From an uncultured Desulfobacter sp. (GTDB lineage: Bacteria > Desulfobacterota > Desulfobacteria > Desulfobacterales > Desulfobacteraceae): DNA of 64,000 nt. Below, piece after piece: positions 29,069 through 37,903 of the stretch. The number at the start of each line of letters is the position of its first letter. Positions within the stretch are counted from its first letter, which is position 1. Both the position numbers and the translations under genes were made by a program. The DNA lies in the NCBI GenBank assembly GCA_963665095.1, contig OY762069.1, positions 6,112,001-6,176,000 on the forward strand. Direction: 5' to 3'. Under the pieces are notes generated by a model, which worked only from the letters and a program-made list of their open reading frames with translations, was not told where the DNA came from and did no database searches.

Positions 29069-30340
29069 ATGGCCTTGATAATGAAAAACGCCCCGGTGCC
29101 GTCTGATTACTTTGGTACGTTATGGGCGCTTTCCGGAATTAAAAACAATCTGATTTTAGAACATGGGGCAACAGGTACGGCATTTTATAATGCTGTGAGC
29201 TATATGGTCATGAACAAACAGTCTCCTAAAGGCAAGTTGTTTACGACCGGACTGGATGAAGACGATGTTGTTATGGGGCGGGAGGAGAAGCTCATTAAAG
29301 CTGCCAGAGAACTGGATGAAAAATATCATCCTGAACTGATTTCTCTTGCCGCCACCGCAGTGACATCGGTTATCGGTCTTGATCTGGAAGGGCTTTGCCT
29401 GGAACTGCAACCTGAAATAAATGCCAGGCTGCTTTCGTTTACCGGCGGCGGTTTTATCGGAGACTATACTGCCGGCCTTAAAGATGTTTTTTTGTCACTG
29501 GTGAAGAATCTGACCCGTGAATCAAACCAAAAAGAACGTTGCAGTGTGAATTTGATCGGGCCGACCATCGACAGTTTCAATTACCCTTCTGATCTCACTG
29601 AAATCCGGCGCTTATTGTCTCTTATCAATGTAAATGTAAACACAATTTTTACACAGAATACCAGTGTGGCTGAAATTGAGCATCTTACATCAGCCTCTTT
29701 GAATGTCGTAACCCGTGATATCGGTCTGGATGCAGCTAAATATCTGAAAGATACCTATGACATGCCGTATTATCACCATCTTCCCTTTGGTCTCAAAGGA
29801 AGTGTTGAGTTCCTTGAGACTATTGCCGAACGGCTCGGCCTTTCCATAAGCCGGAGGGCGATCGCCAAAGAGTTGACGCAATACGGCCATACCCTTGCCG
29901 AGTTATCTTCGTGGTGGCACCGTTACGGGCATTTGCGTGTCATTGTCTCCTGCCCCTATGACTATGCTCTGGGACTCACCCGGTTCATCAGCAGGGAATG
30001 GGGGCTTTGCGTGCATGCCGTGGTTTTCCCGACACCGCCTGAGGTGCCGGATGCCGCTGACACCTTCCATCGCCTGGGGGTGAAAAAAGTCCTGTCCGCT
30101 CCTTTGGAAAGAGAGCTTCAGGCCCTCTATGATGACATTGGACCCCATATTCTGTTTGGAAACGCATATGATTTTGCATTGGCGCAAAACGTGCCCATCC
30201 GCATTCACGCATCCACACCGGCCTATGACCATCTTTATCTTTATGATGGCGCACCCTTTGTCGGTTTCAGGGGCAGTTTATATTTAACGCAGTCGTTGAT
30301 CAATCATCTCAACCAGTACCGGGAGAAAGAAAAATCATGA
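29069..30340 (+). CDS. Nitrogenase-like component 1, beta/K/BchB-type subunit (Oxidored_nitro)
   Basis: HG..G, TT.L.E.DVV.G.E.KL, VIG.D, VNLIG, D..EI.RLL, PFG, PFVGFRG. Canonical cluster Cys residues absent. Confidence 0.86.
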   Translation: MALIMKNAPVPSDYFGTLWALSGIKNNLILEHGATGTAFYNAVSYMVMNKQSPKGKLFTTGLDEDDVVMGREEKLIKAARELDEKYHPELISLAATAVTSVIGLDLEGLCLELQPEINARLLSFTGGGFIGDYTAGLKDVFLSLVKNLTRESNQKERCSVNLIGPTIDSFNYPSDLTEIRRLLSLINVNVNTIFTQNTSVAEIEHLTSASLNVVTRDIGLDAAKYLKDTYDMPYYHHLPFGLKGSVEFLETIAERLGLSISRRAIAKELTQYGHTLAELSSWWHRYGHLRVIVSCPYDYALGLTRFISREWGLCVHAVVFPTPPEVPDAADTFHRLGVKKVLSAPLERELQALYDDIGPHILFGNAYDFALAQNVPIRIHASTPAYDHLYLYDGAPFVGFRGSLYLTQSLINHLNQYREKEKS

Positions 30341-31116
30341 GGAAAATAGCCATTTACGGAAAGGGCGGGATCGGCAAATCAACGACCACGGCAAATCTGG
30401 CCGCAGCTTTAACGGATATGGGCTTCTGCGTTCTTCAGATCGGGTGTGATCCAAAAGCAGACTCAACAAGTATGTTAACCGGCGGCAGGATGATTCCGTC
30501 CATTCTTGATGTGGTCCGGGAGAGCAAAAACCGTGTGAAACTCGAAGATATTGTTTTTAAAGGGTATGGCGGAACGTTATGCGCGGAATCCGGAGGCCCC
30601 ATGCCCGGGGTGGGATGTGCCGGCAGGGGGATTATTGCTGCGTTCAACACCCTTGAAACATTAAATGTTTTTGACGTTTATCAGCCGGACATCGTGTTAT
30701 ACGACGTTCTTGGAGACGTCGTTTGCGGCGGGTTTGCCATGCCCCTTCGAAACGGCTACGCAAAGGAAGTGTATATTGTGACATCCGGAGAGAAAATGTC
30801 CCTGTTCGCAGCCAAAAACATTTCCAGGGCTGTGGATCAGTTCAAAGGCCGGGGATATGCCCGTTTAAACGGGGTGATCTTAAACTGCCGGGGCGTCCCG
30901 GATGAACATGATTTGGTGCAGCGGGCAGCTGATGAGATGAATACCCGTATCCTTATTGATATTCCGCGTGCTTCAGTGGTGCAGCAATGCGAAGAGAAAA
31001 ATGTCACTGTGATCCAAGGCGCTCCGGATTCAAAAATGGCAAATGCCTATCGAAAGCTGGCAAAAATTATTGCAGGAGGCACTGATCTTAATACAGACTG
31101 CGTATCAGGGGATTGA
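30337..31116 (+). CDS. NifH/BchL/CfbC-like Fe protein (ATP-dependent reductase)
   Basis: [46 protein letters not shown]. Both [4Fe-4S] Cys present. Only 259 aa. ATGA overlap with the beta subunit. Confidence 0.93.
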   Translation: MRKIAIYGKGGIGKSTTTANLAAALTDMGFCVLQIGCDPKADSTSMLTGGRMIPSILDVVRESKNRVKLEDIVFKGYGGTLCAESGGPMPGVGCAGRGIIAAFNTLETLNVFDVYQPDIVLYDVLGDVVCGGFAMPLRNGYAKEVYIVTSGEKMSLFAAKNISRAVDQFKGRGYARLNGVILNCRGVPDEHDLVQRAADEMNTRILIDIPRASVVQQCEEKNVTVIQGAPDSKMANAYRKLAKIIAGGTDLNTDCVSGD

Positions 31117-31139
31117 TGCAAACCGGTTTCCGGATAATA

Positions 31140-33005
31140 TTATCCTTTTGAAAGGGACAGGGAAATCTCGTACACTCCCCCCTCAAGTTTTGACTTCAGG
31201 GGCAGACCGGACTTTTCAAATACCTTGATCATGGGTTGGTTTTCCGGCAGCACCTGGGCATAAATGGTTTCAATATTGCGTTTTTTTGCTTCAGAGATAA
31301 GCAGCTTCATGAGATAGGTGCCCACACCGATTCCCTGGAATGCTTCATCAATGAGGAAGGCTACTTCCCCGGCCTTGGTGTTTTCTCCGGTTACCAGGCG
31401 GGCTTCAGCCACCATTTTGCCTTCACCTTTTTTGCCGGCAAACCCTACCACGGAAAATTCAGTGGCATAGTCCACATTCACATACTCCTGCATTTTATCG
31501 TGGCTCATGGTTTTGACCGAATAAAAGAACCGGTAGAACACGGTCTCCTTGGAACAGCGGTAGAAGAAACGGCGCATGGCCTCTTCGTCCGAAGGCTTCA
31601 TGGCCCTGAACCTCAAGGTTTTTCCACCTTTGAAGGTTTTGGTGTCTGCCACATGTTCAGGATAGAGATGGGCAGACCGGCTGACAAAGATCTGGTTGGA
31701 GTATAGGATTTTTTTATCCCTGGCCTCTTTAACCAGATCCTCCCGGTCATCGGGATGGGCCACGTCAATGATGGCCTGGGCCCGCTCCCGTATGGGCCGC
31801 CACTTGAGCATGGCCACCCCGTATTCCGTGGCCAGGACATGGATGGATTCGCGCAGACGCAGCTGGTTCACGTATTTCTGGATGCTGAACCGGATGTTGG
31901 GCTCTCCGTTTTCATCCCGGGAGGGCATGCCGATGATGGTGGCGCCGTCCTTGGACGCCTCTGCCCCTCTGTAAAAATCAATGCCCTCTCCGGGGCCTGA
32001 AATCACAGCCCCCCTCAGAGGAAAGGCCACCCGGCCCTGGATATCGGCCTTGCGGCCTTCATATATGGCCACAAACTGGGGATTTCTGGCAATGAGCTGG
32101 GAGTTGCATACCCAGTCAATGCCCTGGAACTCCACCAGGGGGTTTTTATGCAGCCATTTCATGAGCTCTTTGGTGCCAAGAGCATAAGACGCCAGGGATT
32201 TGCCCCGGAACGGGGATTTAAGGTGATTGGTTACTGCCCCGGAATTGACCAGCTCCGCTGCCGCATCTGTAAAATACAGGGAGTGGATGCCCAGATCCTT
32301 TTTGTCCGACAAAAAAGGTACCAGCGCCTCAAACAGAGGCCCGGGCGCATAGTTGATGCAGTCCCCGTCCCGGATGACCGTGGCCACATTGGCCGCCACT
32401 TTTTTCATCACATCCGTCACAGGGGCCGGCTCATAGGTGATGGGGTCCCGGTCTGAACGCACCAGCAGGTCAAACTGCTCTATGGAGACAAAGGTATCGC
32501 CGTAGGTGAACGGCATCCGCTCATTGACCTCGCCCACCACCAGCGTGGCCTTGTCCATCACTTCCCTTGCCACATCCACGGCCAGACCCAGGCTGCAGTA
32601 CCCGGCATCATTGGGGGGCGTGATCTGGATAAAGGCGACGTCCACGGCAATCCTGCGTGATTTGATAATTTCCGGAATTTCAGACGAGTAGGCGGGAATC
32701 AGATCCACCTGGCCTTCACAGATGGTGTCCCAGGCCACATACCCGCCGGAAAAAAAGGTTTTCAGGCGATAATTGGGAGCGTTGAGGCGGTCAATGGTGA
32801 GAATGGTTTCCCCCTGGACAGCCAGCTGTACCAACTCAAGATCCCTGATATTATGGGTATCCACATCCAGCAGGGTGCGAATGAGTCTTCTCGGGGCAGC
32901 CGGCCCTGTGCCGATGAAAACCGTCATGCCCGGCCGGATATGGTTTAAAACAGTGTCCGGTGCTACCAGATGGCTTTCCCAGTTGGTTACATCTATCTGC
33001 GACAT
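31140..33005 (-). CDS. Acetyl-CoA hydrolase/transferase-like domain fused to a C-terminal Pat-type GNAT domain
   Basis: N-terminal CoA-transferase fold (DVAFIQ..PP...G.CSLG, TEYG.A.L, AHPD.R). C-terminal R..KPSD...FF..CS.E...YRFF...VDY...E.AF...QG.G.G. Confidence 0.85.
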   Translation of the reverse strand: MSQIDVTNWESHLVAPDTVLNHIRPGMTVFIGTGPAAPRRLIRTLLDVDTHNIRDLELVQLAVQGETILTIDRLNAPNYRLKTFFSGGYVAWDTICEGQVDLIPAYSSEIPEIIKSRRIAVDVAFIQITPPNDAGYCSLGLAVDVAREVMDKATLVVGEVNERMPFTYGDTFVSIEQFDLLVRSDRDPITYEPAPVTDVMKKVAANVATVIRDGDCINYAPGPLFEALVPFLSDKKDLGIHSLYFTDAAAELVNSGAVTNHLKSPFRGKSLASYALGTKELMKWLHKNPLVEFQGIDWVCNSQLIARNPQFVAIYEGRKADIQGRVAFPLRGAVISGPGEGIDFYRGAEASKDGATIIGMPSRDENGEPNIRFSIQKYVNQLRLRESIHVLATEYGVAMLKWRPIRERAQAIIDVAHPDDREDLVKEARDKKILYSNQIFVSRSAHLYPEHVADTKTFKGGKTLRFRAMKPSDEEAMRRFFYRCSKETVFYRFFYSVKTMSHDKMQEYVNVDYATEFSVVGFAGKKGEGKMVAEARLVTGENTKAGEVAFLIDEAFQGIGVGTYLMKLLISEAKKRNIETIYAQVLPENQPMIKVFEKSGLPLKSKLEGGVYEISLSLSKG

Positions 33006-33089
33006 GATGCCTCCTTGACAGGTTGCAGGGGAAAAAAATTACTCACGAAGTGAATATTCTAACTGTTGTAACAGCAACGACGACTTGAA

Positions 33090-35339
33090 TCAAGCCTGTG
33101 CCGGCGAATCGGTGCAGGGAAGTGCAGGCAGTTTTATAGTAAAGGTGGTTCCCTTGCCCGGGGATGAATTCACAGTCAATTTGCCCTTGTGGGTGTCCAC
33201 CACAATAAAATAAGATACGGACAATCCAAGTCCTGTGCCTTTGTCCACCGGCTTGGTGGTAAAAAAAGGTTCAAAAATGCGGCGGCGGATATGCTCAGGA
33301 ATTCCCGGCCCGTTGTCCTGAATTTCAACACAGGCCATCTCTTTGTCCATGAAAAAACGGAATATGAACTGGGGTGGTGCTTTGTCCGGATCTGTGTGAT
33401 TTTCCATGGCCTGGGCACCGTTTTTCAGGATATTGAGCACAACCTGCTGGATCATGCTTTTTTCACACGGTACGGCCGGCAGATCATCCAGGACCATTGT
33501 TTTCATCTCAATGGATTTAAACCGCTGGCTGCCGCCTGCAGAATAGTCATTCTGCAGCAGGGAAATAGTCGAGTCCACAATATCGAAAAGTGAATGACAG
33601 CTTTTTTCCCCGGTCTGGCTTCTTGAAAAGGAGAGCATATTATCAACCACCTTGGCTGCCCGAAGTCCAGCGTCCTCAGCCAGATCCATCATATATAATA
33701 GTTTGCGGTCCTCCATGTACTGCACAAGCCGGTCAAAAGGAATACCATGCTTTCGGGCCGCCTCCAGGTTTGCCGGAAGGGGGTTGGACAGCCTGTTTTT
33801 AATAACCTGCAGGCTTTGAATCATTCCGCCCAGGGGGTTATTGATTTCATGGGCCAGGCCCGCAGCAAGTCCGCCCACAGACATCATTTTTTCTGACTGG
33901 ATCATCATCTCCCTGACCCGGGTCTGCTCTGTGATGTCGTTGATCTGGATGACTGCACCGGGTGTTGTGATGGATGTTAAAGGAAAGGTGATAATGTCAA
34001 CAATCAGGTCACGGTTATTGATGGACAGTTCCTGTTTTTCCCGTCGCTGAATCCGGCCGGTTTCCATGGCTCTGGAGAAATCCTTATATAAAGAAGTTAT
34101 ATCCTTAAGCAGGCTGGTCAGGTTTTGCCCGGATGCACGATGGGCTGGAGTACCGGTGAGAACATGGGCACCATGGTTCCAGTGGGTTATTTCAAAATCA
34201 CGGTCCACGGCAATGATACTGCAGGGCATTGAGTTGATTATATTTTTTACAAAATTTTTTGCCCCGCGCAGGGCATTTTCCCCCTCTTTCTGGTGAGTAA
34301 TGTCCCTTAAAACCACCAGCCATCCGCTTTGAACCTGGTGCGGGCTTCTTAAGGGCGCTATGCGCACATGCCAGTGTCGGGTACTTTTTGTATTTGTCGG
34401 ATGAGCGGTTAACGCCATCGTGACATCAAACTCCCTGGCAGTGTTGCCCCTGGATTTACAGACAAGCTGGTAAATCTGGGGGGAGAACGAACTTAGTAAA
34501 GTGCGTTCTTCAGGAAAATGTTCCAGACATAACGCCTGCACACATGCCCGGTTCACCTTGGCAATACGGTCCTGCATGTCCAGAACAATAACAGGATCAC
34601 CTAAACCGTCCATCACAGCTTCCCGGGCAAGGGGAATCAGGCGGAGCAGGTGGTAGCGGAAAAGGGCGAGAACAAAGCAGAGGCTGGAGATGATAAAGGA
34701 TATGGGCGTCAACTCAATATAGGTCATTGCCTCCGGTCCGAAGAAAAAGGAGCTGTTTATCAGCCAGGGGGCAAAAATGGCCCCGAGCATGAGCGCTCCC
34801 TGTTTTCTTTGAATGGGATTGGAAGAAGTCGAATATCGGATCAGATAGATAATACTGGCAGTTAACAGGGCATAGGCCCATGCCAGATAGATGCTGAAGA
34901 ACCATCCCCGCTCAAAGGAAATGGATACCAGCCCGGGCAGATAAATCAGGCGGGCATCTGCCCATACCAGATGATGGATGTGGTTGGTCAGTGTTGCCGT
35001 GATGACCAGTGCCGCCCATAGCCACAAAAAGTACATGACCCGCCTGTGAGCGGATGTGTAGTAATTTGTGGTGACAAGCACGAAATGGAACAGCAGCACA
35101 GGAATTGTAACAAATCCCAGAGATTTTATCTTGACCCATAACAGCTTGACTGCAAAGTCCGGGCACAGCAGCTGCCCGCCATAGGCACAACTCCACACAA
35201 CCGTTCCCATCAGTAGAAAAAAAAGACTTCTTGCCTGAATGTTGCGCCAGTGATGAACCAGGTAAGCGGAGAGCCACAGGTTTGCCAGCCCGGCAATGAC
35301 AGCAATGCTGCCGAATAGTAAATTCCAGCTCAAGAACAC
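33090..35339 (-). CDS. Sensor histidine kinase (HisKA_7TM + 2 PAS + HisKA + HATPase)
   Basis: 7TM N-terminus, two PAS-like segments, AHEINNPL, N..KN..QA, DNGPG, PFFTTK..GTGLGL. Confidence 0.92.
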   Translation of the reverse strand: MFLSWNLLFGSIAVIAGLANLWLSAYLVHHWRNIQARSLFFLLMGTVVWSCAYGGQLLCPDFAVKLLWVKIKSLGFVTIPVLLFHFVLVTTNYYTSAHRRVMYFLWLWAALVITATLTNHIHHLVWADARLIYLPGLVSISFERGWFFSIYLAWAYALLTASIIYLIRYSTSSNPIQRKQGALMLGAIFAPWLINSSFFFGPEAMTYIELTPISFIISSLCFVLALFRYHLLRLIPLAREAVMDGLGDPVIVLDMQDRIAKVNRACVQALCLEHFPEERTLLSSFSPQIYQLVCKSRGNTAREFDVTMALTAHPTNTKSTRHWHVRIAPLRSPHQVQSGWLVVLRDITHQKEGENALRGAKNFVKNIINSMPCSIIAVDRDFEITHWNHGAHVLTGTPAHRASGQNLTSLLKDITSLYKDFSRAMETGRIQRREKQELSINNRDLIVDIITFPLTSITTPGAVIQINDITEQTRVREMMIQSEKMMSVGGLAAGLAHEINNPLGGMIQSLQVIKNRLSNPLPANLEAARKHGIPFDRLVQYMEDRKLLYMMDLAEDAGLRAAKVVDNMLSFSRSQTGEKSCHSLFDIVDSTISLLQNDYSAGGSQRFKSIEMKTMVLDDLPAVPCEKSMIQQVVLNILKNGAQAMENHTDPDKAPPQFIFRFFMDKEMACVEIQDNGPGIPEHIRRRIFEPFFTTKPVDKGTGLGLSVSYFIVVDTHKGKLTVNSSPGKGTTFTIKLPALPCTDSPAQA

Positions 35340-35557
35340 ACCTTTGATCTGCTGCTTTGCATCTGTTTGAAAAATGTACTTTTCATGTTTATTACGGCAA
35401 GGATATCCTAAAAATTAATTTCAGGCCATTCTGACGTATTAAAAAAAATTTTCAAACCTTTTTCTAACCATGAGATAACCGATTCTTAAATATATTTTGC
35501 GTCAGTACCGGGTCCAGCAGCTGAACCGGCAGCATGAACGTCCCGCCCTGGAACTGA

Positions 35558-36157
35558 ATGACCACCCTGAAATCGTTCTATAAGTTGTTCTGGGTCATTG
35601 AGGTGACCGTTTTAAGTGTGCTCCGCCTGACCATGTCTGTGGTGGCAAACGGATGGAGCCCGGCCCTGGTGGCCGGCCATGCCAGACGGTGGGCGGCTGC
35701 GCTGGTCCACGGACTTGACATCAGAATCGAAACCAGTGGGCCAATACCTGATCACGGGGCACTGGTGGTCTCCAATCATAGGTCCTACCTTGATATTGTG
35801 GTGGTGTTTCCCGAAGGCACCACCACTGCCGGACCTGGGCTTTTGCCCTTTAAAAACGGTATTTTTCATCTGGCTTGCAAAAAGGATATTCCGGTTGTGC
35901 CTGTGGCGGTCAGCTACGAAAACCCAAAGGCCGCCTGGATCGGGGATGATTTCTTTTTGCCCCATTTCCTTGAAATTTTTAAAACGTCACCCTTAAAGGC
36001 ACGCTTAAGTTTTGGACCGGAGATCCGGGAAGAAAACGGCGACATTCTTAAAGCCACTGCCCATTCAAGCATTCAGCACCAGCTTCATGCAATGCAATCA
36101 GCACCGTCATCTATTCAGCTGCCTGCCATGAAAAACCTAAGGCCCTGCGGCCCATAA
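35558..36157 (+). pseudogene. PlsC-family lysophospholipid acyltransferase with an apparent in-frame internal deletion
   Basis: Motif I (NHRSYLD) is followed after only 4 residues by motif III (FPEGT). Motif II and the roughly 60 residues normally between them are absent. Confidence 0.7.
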
Positions 36158-36935
36158 TAATTCCGTCAAATACTGTTCTGGCAGAGGCATACCCTGCCGC
36201 ACCGGCACACACCATCAAGGGCAGCAGATGCTCCTGGCGGGGGTGGCAGTGCAGGGCGCCCGGCGCCCGGTCCCAGTGCATCAGGTTCGCCTTTTGCTGC
36301 TCAGGTGTGCACTGCTCATTGGCACAGGTCTCTGTCAGCCAGTCCTGGAAAGCCTGATTATCCTGGTCCGGGTCTGCGCCAGCCGTCTGTCCGGATCCCA
36401 AGTCAAAGCCGCGCATGTTATGAAAGGAGAATCCGGAGCCAAGAAGCCAGATATTTTCTTCAAGCAGGGGTGTCAGGGCCTCTCCGACCAGAAGATGCTC
36501 CTGTGAATCAAGGCTTGCGCAAAGGGAGATCTGGATACATGGGATATTGGCTTCCGGCAGCATCAGGGTCAGCGGGATAAACACCCCATGGTCAAAGCCC
36601 CGTTTTTCATCCGTTCTTGCTTTGATGCCGGATGCCATGAGCAGATCAGCGGCTTTACGGGCCAACTCGGGATGGCCCGGTGCCGGATATTGAATTTCAT
36701 AACTCTTCTGGGGAAATCCGTAATAGTCATAAATCAAATCCGGCATGGCATGGCTGGTGACTACGGGAATATCCATTTCCCAGTGGGCAGAAATAATCAC
36801 CACGGCCCGGGGCCGTGGCAGGGTTTTGCCAATCTTTTTTAAAAACGCATTCATGGCGTCGTGGCCGGTATGCCCGAGAAGCGGCAACGGCCCACCGCCA
36901 TGGGGAATATAGATAATGGCGCTGTCTGCTGTCAT
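36111..36935 (-). CDS. Class III extradiol ring-cleavage dioxygenase (LigB/DODA/YgiD-like)
   Basis: HGGGP, SAHW, YDYYGFP, RGFDHG, GSG.SFHN, HPR.EHLLPL. Start at ATG 36935 with AAGGA upstream. Confidence 0.9.
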   Translation of the reverse strand: MTADSAIIYIPHGGGPLPLLGHTGHDAMNAFLKKIGKTLPRPRAVVIISAHWEMDIPVVTSHAMPDLIYDYYGFPQKSYEIQYPAPGHPELARKAADLLMASGIKARTDEKRGFDHGVFIPLTLMLPEANIPCIQISLCASLDSQEHLLVGEALTPLLEENIWLLGSGFSFHNMRGFDLGSGQTAGADPDQDNQAFQDWLTETCANEQCTPEQQKANLMHWDRAPGALHCHPRQEHLLPLMVCAGAAGYASARTVFDGIIMGRRALGFSWQAAE

Positions 36936-36972
36936 GGTTTTTTCCTTTTTTTGATGTGATTTGTCATATTTT

Positions 36973-37843
36973 TTAATAGCCCATCCCGAACATCCACAGT
37001 GGAATCTGTTTTGGCGGACCTGTTTCAATATCATCAGACACCACATAAGCATTGGGCTGGTCACCAAGTTGTCCTGAGGTTTTATGGGCCCCGCCGATTT
37101 CAAATATATATTTGTCATCTACGATAAAATCGCCCCGGTGATGATAATGGACCTGATGGCCGGAGGATAGTTGGGAGACAAAAAAGGCTTCACGCAGTGT
37201 TCCCGTGTTGGGTGACGCACAAAGAACCTGAAACAGATTGGGGTTGTTCAACAGCAGTTTATCAGGTTTGTTCACCGCACGCATTCCCGTCCCCCCCCGA
37301 ACCATGTGGATCAGGCTGCCAGCCTGCATCCGTTCCAGATATCTGGATAATGTGGGCCAGGATGCGCCTACAGCACTGCTCAGTTTTGATTTGTTCAATT
37401 CTGCAGGCGGGGTGACACACAGCATGTAAAGGATTTTTTTGAGCTTGTCGAGCTTGGCCGGCTCAATGTTGTAAAGGGTGCAAAGGTCGGAATCAATGGT
37501 GGTCTTGACCACCTCCAGAAGTTTCTGGGTATAGTCCTGGATGGATTCGGTGAAAAAGGGGTAGGCCCCGTAATTCAAATATTTTCTGAAACATTCAATG
37601 GGGCGGATTTTTTCACACACCATGGCTGATATGGCCTGATGGTTAAAAACTATGTCTTCCAGGCAGTGGGCTTCCAAAGAAAGCCCGGATTCCATCTCTA
37701 TGAATTCACGCAGGGAGAGAACAGGAAGCGTATGAATAACTGCTCTTCTTGAAAGATCAGATAACTCGTGATCTATACGCAGGGCCGAAGAACCGGAGAA
37801 AATAATCTTTAAATCAAAGGTATCACGGATGGCCTTTAATTCA
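36973..37843 (-). pseudogene. 5'-truncated AAA_14/DUF4143-type ATPase
   Basis: Frame continues upstream of 37695 as ELKAIRD...IIFSGSSAL...DLSRRA...LSLREF, then reaches an in-frame TGA near 37876 with no Walker A/B. C-terminus has YL.YGAYP, K..L.N.N, RE.FF, DF.VD...FEIGG, IPLW.FG. Confidence 0.75.
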
Positions 37844-37903
37844 AAAATGCATTTTATAACAAAGATGGTTTTGTATCAACTTTATCTTATATAGATATCT
37901 TTT

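Noticed and set aside
27766..31116. Bona fide nitrogen-fixation genes (nifHDK)
   Set aside because: Beta lacks P-cluster Cys, alpha lacks FeMo-co ligand motifs, the subunits are short, the order is D-K-H, and no nifB/E/N or PII genes are present.
27766..31116. Assignment as DPOR/COR, CfbCD or MarHDK
   Set aside because: No photosynthesis genes, and the BchB Asp/BchZ Cys ligand is replaced by Thr. CfbD is a single-subunit type and no cfbA/B/E is present. Mar needs a NifB-like MarB and Cys on both subunits. No gene symbol was given.
36936..37118. N-terminal extension of the dioxygenase given by the ORF track
   Set aside because: It overlaps the AAA remnant in another frame. Family homology and an RBS point to ATG 36935.
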